Shown piece by piece: positions 1 to 7,050 of a stretch of DNA of 29,587 bases (the stretch's first letter is position 1; each line of letters starts with the position of its first letter). The stretch lies in the IMG/VR virus record IMGVR_UViG_3300029448_000275, positions 1 through 29,587 of that record; one strand, given 5' to 3'. Both the position numbers and the translations under genes were made by a program. This stretch comes from a virus (Duplodnaviria; Caudoviricetes). The notes beneath the pieces were generated by a model. It ran no database searches, was not told where the DNA came from, and saw only the letters and a list, made by a program, of their open reading frames with translations.

Positions 1-134
1 TGTCCTTTTGCTAATTCTTGGGCGTGTCGTTCCGCCATCGTACTTAACTCTGCCGCAATCTTCATCTTCTCATCTGCGTCAGGAATGAACTTATCCAGTA
101 GTCCTGCTACTGGTCCGATTAGTGCTTGGAGCAT
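1..134 (-). CDS. Holin, 3TM/GTA-type (runs off window; 5' part only)
   Basis: Translated by hand: MLQALIGPVAGLLDKFIPDADEKMKIAAELSTMAERHAQELAKG..., the typical N-terminus of 3TM holins. Directly downstream of, and overlapping, the lysozyme gene. Confidence 0.75.
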   Translation of the reverse strand, partial: MLQALIGPVAGLLDKFIPDADEKMKIAAELSTMAERHAQELAKG

Positions 135-568
135 ACTTCCAACCTTGTCATCAATCGCTCAGCGCGATCGCCTACCTGTACATACCATCGTGAGTCTCTA
201 CCTTCAATTGCGGCAGTTTCTAAGTCTCCAGATGCTAGTGCAGCGTTCATTTTTTTGAAACCACTGAGTCGTGGTCTGCCTAAGTTAAACATCATGTTTA
301 TTAACACTTCTTGTACTTCATCAGGAAAATTATCCCAACAATCATACAACATTTTGCACTCTGTAAGTGCAATCTCAAAGTCACGATAAAATGCTTCTTT
401 TACTCGTTCTTCTGAGACACCATCACCAATCATGAGTCCGTGCTCAGGATCATGATCAAGTATTAAATGTCCAATTCCAAATGTAGGATATCCAAGATGG
501 TCGAGGTAGATTTCATACACTACACCTTCATCAATCTTGAGCTGTTCCATTACTTTATCTCTGTTCAT
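119..568 (-). CDS. Endolysin, T4-like lysozyme (GH24)
   Basis: Catalytic E-x8-D-x5-T motif (DEGVVYEIYLDHLGYPTFGIGH), plus NMMFNLG and SRWYVQVGDRAERL motifs; GGAG RBS. Confidence 0.93.
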   Translation of the reverse strand: MNRDKVMEQLKIDEGVVYEIYLDHLGYPTFGIGHLILDHDPEHGLMIGDGVSEERVKEAFYRDFEIALTECKMLYDCWDNFPDEVQEVLINMMFNLGRPRLSGFKKMNAALASGDLETAAIEGRDSRWYVQVGDRAERLMTRLEVCSKH

Positions 569-577
569 TTACTACTC

Positions 578-670
578 CTAAAGAACTGTTATTAAATACC
601 ATATTACGATTACAAACATTGGTCCTGTAAACATTAAAAACATTCCCAACATTTTAAGTGCGTCTTTCAT
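578..670 (-). CDS. Small membrane protein (30 aa)
   Basis: MKDALKMLGMFLMFTGPMFVIVIWYLITVL; ATGA overlap with the upstream stop. Confidence 0.6.
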   Translation of the reverse strand: MKDALKMLGMFLMFTGPMFVIVIWYLITVL

Positions 671-843
671 CCTAATAATCCCCATCCGTGATTAGCGATT
701 GCATTGAGAATAATAAATATACAAGTCGCCATATGTGTTAACCACCATATTGTACGTATAGTAGCTATGGTATCTGCTTCTCTGTCTGTTTCTCCAACCT
801 TCTCTCCAAGCGACTTTGCCCAGATTCTCCACCATTTTTTCAT
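667..843 (-). CDS. Small membrane protein, paralog of 840..1016 (58 aa)
   Basis: WWRIWAKSLG...DTIATIRT followed by a TM helix; ATGA coupling to the upstream gene. Confidence 0.75.
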   Translation of the reverse strand: MKKWWRIWAKSLGEKVGETDREADTIATIRTIWWLTHMATCIFIILNAIANHGWGLLG

Positions 844-1016
844 AACCATCCTACTATAATATTCATTATTATGAGAAATGCGCAGGTTAAATTTATTGAA
901 ACTATTGTTGTTCGTATTATCGCAATCAAATCGTCATGCCCAGCCGTATCCTCATAGCTGTAGGAACCTAAGCTATGCTTCCAGACTGTCCACCACTTTT
1001 GTTTTGACTTTTCCAT
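840..1016 (-). CDS. Small membrane protein, paralog of 667..843 (58 aa)
   Basis: WWTVWKHSLG...DLIAIIRT followed by a TM helix; start placed at the ATG of MEKSK. Confidence 0.7.
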   Translation of the reverse strand: MEKSKQKWWTVWKHSLGSYSYEDTAGHDDLIAIIRTTIVSINLTCAFLIIMNIIVGWL

Positions 1017-1254
1017 CTTTGGTCCACGATTTAATACTTGACCACGCAATGTCTTCGTATCTGTTTTCATCCATACGATAAACTACGAGCCGTGAGTTGT
1101 CAACACCTTGATTTCTTACGGAAGGAGGTCTGGTGCAAAGAAGTTCCAGTAATTCTCCTGAATTTTGAGATTTGAATTCTATATAAACAAGTAGGCCCTC
1201 ATCAAAAGCTTTGAGGAGGTCTTGTCGTCGAGGTCTTGATTTATCACTATTCAT
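973..1254 (-). CDS. Hypothetical protein, possible WYL-like/SH3-fold domain
   Basis: The pattern IEFKSQNSGE...LCT...LVVYRMDENRYEDIAWSSI resembles phage WYL_2-type domains (by eye). Confidence 0.55.
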   Translation of the reverse strand: MNSDKSRPRRQDLLKAFDEGLLVYIEFKSQNSGELLELLCTRPPSVRNQGVDNSRLVVYRMDENRYEDIAWSSIKSWTKDGKVKTKVVDSLEA

Positions 1255-1387
1255 CGAGGTCTAGATACCCCTTTTTTTGCATATGATCAACAGCCTCTGC
1301 GATGCCGCTGTTTCTTCCTAAATGATAGCTATGTAGGCCACAGCCCCATATACAAAATAAAATAATACAAATTAAGGTTAAGTCCAT
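1247..1387 (-). CDS. Small membrane-anchored protein (46 aa)
   Basis: MDLTLICIILFCIWGCGLHSYHLGRNSGIAEAVDHMQKKGYLDLDE; AGGAG RBS; first gene after the leftward promoter. Confidence 0.7.
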   Translation of the reverse strand: MDLTLICIILFCIWGCGLHSYHLGRNSGIAEAVDHMQKKGYLDLDE

Positions 1388-1434
1388 AAAAACTCCTGTT
1401 TAATTGCTTATGTAGTTCGGCTTTTTCAGTGATT

Positions 1435-1463
1435 ATTATACTAAATTTATACATTTTTGTCAA
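1435..1463 (-). promoter_or_regulatory. sigma70 promoter, leftward (lysis operon)
   Basis: Perfect TTGACA-17-TATAAT on the minus strand, with an AT-rich UP region. Confidence 0.85.
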
Positions 1464-1505
1464 GAAAAATTTTTTGTATGTCTTTAACGGTTTGAAAAAT
1501 AATAC

Positions 1506-1534
1506 TTGACAAAATATCTATTTTTAGTTATAAT
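1506..1534 (+). promoter_or_regulatory. sigma70 promoter, rightward (rpsU-isc operon)
   Basis: Perfect TTGACA-17-TATAAT; TAAGGAG RBS downstream. Confidence 0.88.
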
Positions 1535-1573
1535 ACGCTTATGAAAAATATAATAAGGAGTTTGATTTAAAAG

Positions 1574-1783
1574 ATGCACGTAAAAGTTAAAAATAACAAT
1601 ATTGAAATTGCATTGCGCATCTTTAAGCGTAAGTTAAAAGAGAGCGAAAAGTTAATACAACTTCGTAAACGTGAGCATTATGAAAAACCCTGTCAAAAAA
1701 GAAACAAAGCTAAATCAGCGGCAGTATTAAGAGAAAAGCGTAGACAAGGAGGTACAAATGGACTCAATAAGCCCCGAAGATAA
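1574..1783 (+). CDS. rpsU: Phage-encoded 30S ribosomal protein bS21
   Basis: VKVKNNNIEIALRIFKRKLKESEKLIQLRKREHYEKPCQKR matches the S21 signature ALRxFKR...RxRxxYEKP. Confidence 0.92.
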   Translation: MHVKVKNNNIEIALRIFKRKLKESEKLIQLRKREHYEKPCQKRNKAKSAAVLREKRRQGGTNGLNKPRR

Positions 1784-2003
1784 ACTTCAAATAGATGAAG
1801 CAAATTCAAAAACAGCTCAGTTTATTTTTGAATTGTTAAAAGATAAAAATCCTATGGTTGTTGCAGGTGTATTAACTGCTATGGCTTTGGGACTCTATAA
1901 AACAATACTCGATGAGGAAGAGTATGAAATAATGATCGACTCAATTAGTGAGAGTCGTCACGTAATTAATAACTTTGGAGCAGATATAAGGACATTGCAC
2001 TAA
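1758..2003 (+). CDS. Hypothetical acidic protein
   Basis: AGGAGG RBS; translationally coupled in the operon. Confidence 0.75.
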   Translation: MDSISPEDKLQIDEANSKTAQFIFELLKDKNPMVVAGVLTAMALGLYKTILDEEEYEIMIDSISESRHVINNFGADIRTLH

Positions 2004-2383
2004 TGACAAATAATCAACTAGTCGAAGAGTTTATGAGAACTTTTGGACAAGAAGTAAAACCAGTAATTGAATGGCCGGGACTAGATGTTGCAGCACTAAG
2101 GGTAGAACTAATTGATGAAGAACTTAAAGAATTACGTGAGGCAACTTTAAAACAAGATCTGGTTGGTATTGCTGACGCGCTTACAGACTTACTTTATGTA
2201 GTTTATGGAGCTGGCCATGCATACGGCATGGATCTTGATGTGTCTTTTGCAGAGGTACACCGCAGTAACATGAGTAAGTTAGATGAAAACGGAAAACCAA
2301 TCTATCGTGAAGATGGAAAGGTACTCAAGGGTAAAAACTACAGTCCACCGGACTTAGTAAAAACTTTATTTGGAATGCCATGA
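2003..2383 (+). CDS. MazG-like/PRA-PH nucleoside triphosphate pyrophosphohydrolase
   Basis: LIDEELKEL...DALTDLLYVVYG...EVHRSNMSK...REDGKVLKG motifs. Confidence 0.88.
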   Translation: MTNNQLVEEFMRTFGQEVKPVIEWPGLDVAALRVELIDEELKELREATLKQDLVGIADALTDLLYVVYGAGHAYGMDLDVSFAEVHRSNMSKLDENGKPIYREDGKVLKGKNYSPPDLVKTLFGMP

Positions 2384-2700
2384 TACATGTAGCCGCATCT
2401 GCACGAAGCAAACTTACAAAACTACATCTAACACCACCATGTATAGGTATTCGCATTCGTGTAGAAGATAGTGGCTGTAGTGGACTTGCATATGCTATGG
2501 AATATTGCTACAAGAAAGAAGAAACTGATACAGTAGTTCGTGCGGGCTCAAAACGATTGTATATAGATGCAAAAAGTATGCTCTATTTACATGGCTCGGA
2601 CTTACACTATCGTAAAAAAGAATTTGAAGAGGGATATGAGTTTACAAATCCCAATGTAACAAGTGAATGTGGCTGCGGAGAAAGTTTCTATGTCACATAA
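2380..2700 (+). CDS. iscA: Fe-S cluster assembly A-type carrier (IscA/HesB)
   Basis: GCSGLAY and FTNPNVTSECGCGESF motifs with all three conserved Cys. Confidence 0.93.
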   Translation: MIHVAASARSKLTKLHLTPPCIGIRIRVEDSGCSGLAYAMEYCYKKEETDTVVRAGSKRLYIDAKSMLYLHGSDLHYRKKEFEEGYEFTNPNVTSECGCGESFYVT

Positions 2701-2708
2701 GGACTAAT

Positions 2709-3095
2709 ATGGCTTACAGCGAAAAGGTAATTGATCACTATGAGAATCCCCGTAACGTTGGAAAGATGGATGCGACTAAAAAGAATGTCGGCACAGGTAT
2801 GGTGGGAGCTCCTGCTTGTGGAGACGTTATGCGACTTCAAATTGAAGTTGACAAAGGAATTATATCCGATGCGAAGTTTAAAACTTATGGTTGTGGTTCT
2901 GCTATTGCTAGCTCTTCTCTACTCACCGAGTGGGTCAGAGGCAAGTCTATTGATGAAGCTGCTTCAATAAGAAATACACATATTGCTCAAGAACTTGCAC
3001 TTCCACCTGTAAAAATACACTGTAGTGTACTCGCAGAAGATGCAATCAAGGCGGCAATAAACAACTACAAGGAGAAGCAGAATGGAACTGTTTAG
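2709..3095 (+). CDS. iscU: Fe-S cluster scaffold IscU
   Basis: MAYSEKVIDHYENPRNVG, GAPACGDVM, KTYGCGSAIAS and LPPVKIHCS motifs; start refined to the ATG at 2709 with an AAGGA RBS. Confidence 0.96.
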   Translation: MAYSEKVIDHYENPRNVGKMDATKKNVGTGMVGAPACGDVMRLQIEVDKGIISDAKFKTYGCGSAIASSSLLTEWVRGKSIDEAASIRNTHIAQELALPPVKIHCSVLAEDAIKAAINNYKEKQNGTV

Positions 3096-3393
3096 TGCAC
3101 TTGTATTAATCTGTACCACCTCTTGGGGAGAGCCTCGATGTGAAATCGAAAAACTACCTGAGATACACAACGATGTACGAGACTGTATGCGTTCAATCTA
3201 CACTTACGATGCCATCAACAGTACCAAGCTCTCAAAGGAAACAAAGTACATTATTTCTGGCACTTGCTTGAAATGGCATGTACAGAAGAAGAAACATGAT
3301 CTACAATATACTGCATTGGAGAGTATGAATATCATTGCAGTAACGACAGCGGGAAGATACTATCCCAAGCTCTCTAACATTATCGGGCGATAG
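3082..3393 (+). CDS. Secreted/membrane Cys-containing hypothetical protein (paralog of 3764..3997)
   Basis: Hydrophobic N-terminus MELFSALVLIC; 4 spaced Cys; AGGAG RBS. Confidence 0.7.
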   Translation: MELFSALVLICTTSWGEPRCEIEKLPEIHNDVRDCMRSIYTYDAINSTKLSKETKYIISGTCLKWHVQKKKHDLQYTALESMNIIAVTTAGRYYPKLSNIIGR

Positions 3394-3398
3394 AATGA

Positions 3399-3590
3399 AT
3401 GAAACATATATTTTTATTGATAGTCATGTTCAACGGAGATATCAAAAGTAATGATATGTTCTTCTACAGTGTTGTTGCCTGCACTGACTACGCTTTACAA
3501 CTTAATATGTCCATGGCTGCTGGCTTTCAAGCATACTGCACACCAGTAAAAATGGATCCCAAAGAAAACCCAGATATCAAGGTCTACTAA
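3399..3590 (+). CDS. Small hypothetical protein with hydrophobic N-terminus and Cys pair
   Basis: MKHIFLLIVMF...FYSVVAC...AYCTP. Confidence 0.65.
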   Translation: MKHIFLLIVMFNGDIKSNDMFFYSVVACTDYALQLNMSMAAGFQAYCTPVKMDPKENPDIKVY

Positions 3591-3591
3591 T

Positions 3592-3777
3592 ATGCCAATG
3601 AAATACAAACCCACCGAAAGAATCTTTGATCGTAGCACTCGAAAGACCACTATCAGAAACCACTATATGCATACAATTCCTACTAGCCAGCTCATACAGG
3701 ATATTAAAGACGCTCGTTTAACTCCAAAACGACTTCAGAAAATTCGTAATGAGTTAGCGCGTCGTGGAACTGTTTAG
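3592..3777 (+). CDS. Small basic hypothetical protein
   Basis: Tightly packed in the operon; C-terminal KIRNELARRG. Confidence 0.7.
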   Translation: MPMKYKPTERIFDRSTRKTTIRNHYMHTIPTSQLIQDIKDARLTPKRLQKIRNELARRGTV

Positions 3778-3997
3778 CGCTATACTTCTACTCTGCACTC
3801 TGAAAGACGAACCAGATTGCAGCACTGTCGTTCACAAAAAACCTTTTACTACACTCAAGCAATGTAGAAAATCTGTTGATGCTCACGAAATTCGACATGG
3901 AAAACTGTGGGCAGAAGCAGAGATTTACGTAGTCTCAAGTGTATGTATTGCTTGGGCACATCACACAAATTATCAATTCAATAGGACTTACAAATGA
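3764..3997 (+). CDS. Secreted/membrane Cys-containing hypothetical protein (paralog of 3082..3393)
   Basis: GTG start; MELFSAILLLC with the same Cys spacing as its paralog. Confidence 0.68.
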   Translation: MELFSAILLLCTLKDEPDCSTVVHKKPFTTLKQCRKSVDAHEIRHGKLWAEAEIYVVSSVCIAWAHHTNYQFNRTYK

Positions 3998-4167
3998 TAC
4001 AACAAATAGAAGAAGCAAGTTTTTGGCTGCTCGCCTCCATTTGGTGGATATATGTTACTGGATTTTTATTTCATAACTTGTCAGAGGCGTCCGACTTTGT
4101 GGAGGTAATGATAGCATTCATGGCTTGGTATGTATTGGGAATTATTCCTCTAGTTCTTCGAAAATAG
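3994..4167 (+). CDS. Two-TM small membrane protein (57 aa)
   Basis: MIQQIEEASFWLLASIWWIYVTGFLFHNLSEASDFVEVMIAFMAWYVLGIIPLVLRK; ATGA overlap; AGGA RBS. Confidence 0.68.
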   Translation: MIQQIEEASFWLLASIWWIYVTGFLFHNLSEASDFVEVMIAFMAWYVLGIIPLVLRK

Positions 4168-4234
4168 AGTATTTTTACGATACTGAAGAGCCGTACAAGC
4201 AGTTTCACTCTATGACCTACGGAAAAATTACCCC

Positions 4235-4263
4235 TTTACAAAATTTAATTTGTGTGATATAAT
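4235..4263 (+). promoter_or_regulatory. sigma70 promoter with no downstream ORF
   Basis: TTTACA-17-TATAAT with a TG just upstream of the -10. Confidence 0.65.
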
Positions 4264-4269
4264 AAATAT

Positions 4270-4470
4270 AAATTAATGAATGATAAGATCGATCACAGAT
4301 TAATCTTGTTGAATATAAAATGCTTGTGTAAAAAGCGTCTGGAGGCGGAATCTAAGGGAGCCTCCTAACCGCTAATTTTACATAATTATTTTATTCTAAT
4401 TATGATCTAAGTGCCAACGTGCTAATAACCGGATAAGGACACAACGGGTACTTAAGGTCATAATTGATTT
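4270..4470 (+). ncRNA. Candidate structured ncRNA
   Basis: Two long interrupted stems (4327-4382 and 4398-4465) behind a promoter in ORF-free DNA. Confidence 0.45.
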
Positions 4471-4618
4471 CGTTCCAAAGTTGCGTCTATTTCACACTCA
4501 TATATGTTTAAAAAAATTATCCCCAATTCGCGATTTTTTAACTCATTGTACCTTTTTCAAAATTATTCTTAATTATCTTAGATTATCCCCTTACGGCGTC
4601 CTGTTTTTTCGTAGACAT

Positions 4619-4644
4619 AAAAAAAGCCCTCTCGAAAGAAGGCT
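4619..4644 (-). terminator. Rho-independent terminator of the leftward pre-early transcripts
   Basis: Minus strand AGCCTTCT-TTCG-AGAGGGCT followed by a T run. Confidence 0.8.
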
Positions 4645-4665
4645 CTCTACGCACCCGTAGCGACT

Positions 4666-4989
4666 TTACTCTGCTCCTGACCCCGCAGCGGTTGCTCTTT
4701 CCAGTATAAATAATACTTGCTTCGGAGCTTTCTCCAATCCCTCCAACTGACTATCCTCTAGCCCTAATGCATATGCAATTGTTGTAACTAACTCAATTTT
4801 TGTGACTGGAGCGACCCCGCTCTTGGTTACATACACGTTTCGCTTGTACACTCCCTCTCGGGATAGTTTGCCAATTATAGACTTAGGACTCTTTCCTAGC
4901 TCTTCGGCTAATTCGTTTACAACTTCCATAGTAGGCTCACTTTCATACACGCCCACTATGTAGTCTGTTTGATCTTTTGTATAATTCAT
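4666..4989 (-). CDS. T5 A2-like DNA-binding protein (paralog 1)
   Basis: NYTKDQT...ELAEELGKSPKSIIGKLSREGVY...VTKIELV...LEGLEKA resembles T5 A2 (HTH-like N-terminal part plus C-terminal helices). Confidence 0.72.
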   Translation of the reverse strand: MNYTKDQTDYIVGVYESEPTMEVVNELAEELGKSPKSIIGKLSREGVYKRNVYVTKSGVAPVTKIELVTTIAYALGLEDSQLEGLEKAPKQVLFILERATAAGSGAE

Positions 4990-5309
4990 GCTGGCTCATC
5001 TCCTTCAAAATCTTCTAATACGAAGTGCAGTGTTTTAGTGTCGCCATCATATCGAATATTTACTTGTTTGCAATATGTAAGAAGTCTAGCTTCTATACTC
5101 TCCTTTTCTACCATTCTAGCGTACTCACGCAATACTGCGCTGTAAGCTACCTCGACTTCATGTATAGAGTCACCAATATCAGAAATCTTGCCCATGAGTA
5201 TATCCATCTCATCATAGGCATCGTCCATTTTGTTGATCATTTCATCGAGTTTGTTCTTGAGACGTTCTCTCTTCTTTTCCTGATTTGGAAACTGTATTAT
5301 CTCCGCCAT
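4986..5309 (-). CDS. Acidic coiled-coil hypothetical protein
   Basis: Phage-typical MAEIIQFP N-terminus; ATGA overlap. Confidence 0.75.
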   Translation of the reverse strand: MAEIIQFPNQEKKRERLKNKLDEMINKMDDAYDEMDILMGKISDIGDSIHEVEVAYSAVLREYARMVEKESIEARLLTYCKQVNIRYDGDTKTLHFVLEDFEGDEPA

Positions 5310-5470
5310 TGTTTGTACTCATCTTTTCCGATTATATCGGGTTTAATGCACTCATACGAATATGAATAGCTTGGATAGTTTCGTTGTACATAAACTTCGT
5401 TACAAGAGCCTCGATATATTACTTTACCAAAATTGTTTTTTACTTCGTAGATTCCTGACTTTGGTTTCAT
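5297..5470 (-). CDS. Small protein with a GIY-YIG-like N-terminal motif (57 aa)
   Basis: MKPKSGIYEVKNNFGKVIYRGSCNEVYVQRNYPSYSYSYECIKPDIIGKDEYKQWRR; ATGA coupling; AGGA RBS. Confidence 0.6.
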   Translation of the reverse strand: MKPKSGIYEVKNNFGKVIYRGSCNEVYVQRNYPSYSYSYECIKPDIIGKDEYKQWRR

Positions 5471-5601
5471 TTTTGTTTCCTTTCAATTACTTTTGCTTGT
5501 TCAGCAATTATTTTTGCCTGTGCTTCAAGCTTCTTTTGTTGAAACAGAAGTCTTTGCTCTTGGTGCTCTGCTTCAGTTTGTAACTTTGTAATTTTATCCA
5601 T
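5467..5601 (-). CDS. Small coiled-coil protein (44 aa)
   Basis: MDKITKLQTEAEHQEQRLLFQQKKLEAQAKIIAEQAKVIERKQK; GGGGGA RBS. Confidence 0.65.
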   Translation of the reverse strand: MDKITKLQTEAEHQEQRLLFQQKKLEAQAKIIAEQAKVIERKQK

Positions 5602-5614
5602 TAGTTTCCCCCAA

Positions 5615-6012
5615 AAAAATTCCCCATATTAGAGGCTTCATAGCGGATATGCTCGGCATAATATGGGGTTAAAAATGCATTTTTATTTTTAGTGGCACTC
5701 GGTAGCTCCCACCTCGTGTCCTTTAATAGGTATGACACGATCACCCTGTAGTGGCTGTTTTCTTTACTATCTGCTGTTCTGATGTGTAGCTGATAGTTAG
5801 ATTCATTTGAGTGCGTTCTGGCTATGCCACGTTGCTTCACCACTACTTTCATTTGGGTCAACAGTCCTCACATCAGTCTCATTCTGCAATCCTATGTACT
5901 TGTGGTGAAGTTGTGATAAAGAGTGCTTCACCAGCTTTTGCTCACATACCTACTACCGATGTAGTAGACGTACAGCCCGCGACCTTTCCATAAGATGCTT
6001 TATTCCCAAATT
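5615..6012 (-). ncRNA. Candidate large (~400 nt) multi-stem, pseudoknotted ncRNA
   Basis: Own promoter, at least five perfect 6-10 bp local stems, two long-range pairings, and a 3' hairpin followed by a U tract. Confidence 0.55.
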
Positions 6013-6022
6013 TTGAAAAACT

Positions 6023-6051
6023 ATTATCTCAAATTTTTAACCTTCTGTCAA
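6023..6051 (-). promoter_or_regulatory. sigma70 promoter for the ncRNA candidate and downstream genes
   Basis: TTGACA-17-GATAAT. Confidence 0.72.
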
Positions 6052-6386
6052 CAATTATTTTTCAAATGGTCAGAAATAATTCTTCGAAACTTTCTACTTG
6101 GTTGAAAGCGTGTAGTGCTTTGCGATATAACGCATTCATCAGGTACTAAATAGTCTGTTATCTGTTCCAATACCATAGGCGGCTCATCTTTTCGCACCAC
6201 AAGAGAGATATCATAGCGTACATACTCTTGGTTTTCGTACACTTCCTCGTGATACTTTCTACCATTTTTGAGTTCGTTTGGTAACTTTTCGATAAACAGT
6301 TCATACTGCTCACGCTGAGATGTTTCATCGCGTAGATCAAAGCCTAAGCACATATCGTCTGTATCGCATACTTCATCCATTTTCAT
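6048..6386 (-). CDS. Hypothetical protein
   Basis: GGGAG RBS; overlaps the upstream gene. Confidence 0.7.
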   Translation of the reverse strand: MKMDEVCDTDDMCLGFDLRDETSQREQYELFIEKLPNELKNGRKYHEEVYENQEYVRYDISLVVRKDEPPMVLEQITDYLVPDECVISQSTTRFQPSRKFRRIISDHLKNNC

Positions 6387-6753
6387 TCTCCCACTCTATT
6401 ATTACACACCATTGATTATAACGTCCACAAAAGAAACTCATTGTTTTGAGGTTCCAAGCCCATGAAGGGCGGTTGGTTTCCTCATCGTCATTCCAGTTTC
6501 TTACTACTATCATACCACGTTCATGCCAGCTTGCAAGTGCATGAGCTGCTGTATCAAAAGCAGTGTATGGACTGTGCAACCATGGGCAATCAAACTCAAC
6601 TACAGTTACAGTATCTCCAGACTCAAAGTGCCGAACAAGCACTGGCTGATAGTCTGAATTGGTAAACATTTCTTTCGCCCAATTATTAAATACTGTTGTA
6701 GAGTCACTTCCTCGAGCTTCCTGTCGATAAGCGTATTCATTATAACTAGCCAT
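6373..6753 (-). CDS. Hypothetical protein
   Basis: GGAG RBS; coupled in the operon; Trp-rich. Confidence 0.72.
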   Translation of the reverse strand: MASYNEYAYRQEARGSDSTTVFNNWAKEMFTNSDYQPVLVRHFESGDTVTVVEFDCPWLHSPYTAFDTAAHALASWHERGMIVVRNWNDDEETNRPSWAWNLKTMSFFCGRYNQWCVIIEWENENG

Positions 6754-6910
6754 TCTCAGTCTCCAAATGTTGTAGACACATTTTAATTATTTTTGCACCT
6801 GCATCCATTGTTGCAAGATAAGTAATCGCTTCGTCTTTTGTACAACCATCTTGCATCATTCCAAAAAATAACATTAGCCAGTCAAGTTGCTCATCATCAT
6901 ATCGGTTCAT
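6746..6910 (-). CDS. Hypothetical protein (54 aa)
   Basis: MNRYDDEQLDWLMLFFGMMQDGCTKDEAITYLATMDAGAKIIKMCLQHLETENG; ATGA overlap. Confidence 0.62.
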   Translation of the reverse strand: MNRYDDEQLDWLMLFFGMMQDGCTKDEAITYLATMDAGAKIIKMCLQHLETENG

Positions 6911-7050
6911 GTTCGCACCAATATAATATAAGTGAATACCATCATCGCAAAAGCACTATATGCAAGAAAACAATTGATAAACATTTTAAAACTAGAACTC
7001 TTGTCTTTTAGTACAAGTTCTACTATGTTCTCAGCAAAGTAATTTCTCAT
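6907..7050 (-). CDS. Small membrane protein (47 aa)
   Basis: MRNYFAENIVELVLKDKSSSFKMFINCFLAYSAFAMMVFTYIILVRT; GGAG RBS; ATGA overlaps at both ends. Confidence 0.65.
   Translation of the reverse strand: MRNYFAENIVELVLKDKSSSFKMFINCFLAYSAFAMMVFTYIILVRT

Noticed and set aside
5601-5861. 86-aa ORF from the track
   Set aside because: TTG start, no recognisable motif, and it runs through dense stems and a terminator-like hairpin; an RNA reading is preferred, though the ORF is not fully excluded
5840-5880. Hammerhead ribozyme core (CUGAUG...GAAA on the minus strand)
   Set aside because: Reads CUGAUGU rather than CUGANGA, has no clean stem II, and the segment pairs elsewhere
5945-5992. Stop-codon reassignment suggested by in-frame TAG TAG
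   Set aside because: Many conserved genes (portal, capsid, tail tube) end properly at TAG, and these TAGs form a hairpin arm
5615-6012. tmRNA, RNase P RNA or tRNA identity
   Set aside because: No tRNA-like acceptor or T-arm ends and no GAGGAAAGUCC motif; no tRNA cloverleaf was noticed anywhere in the window
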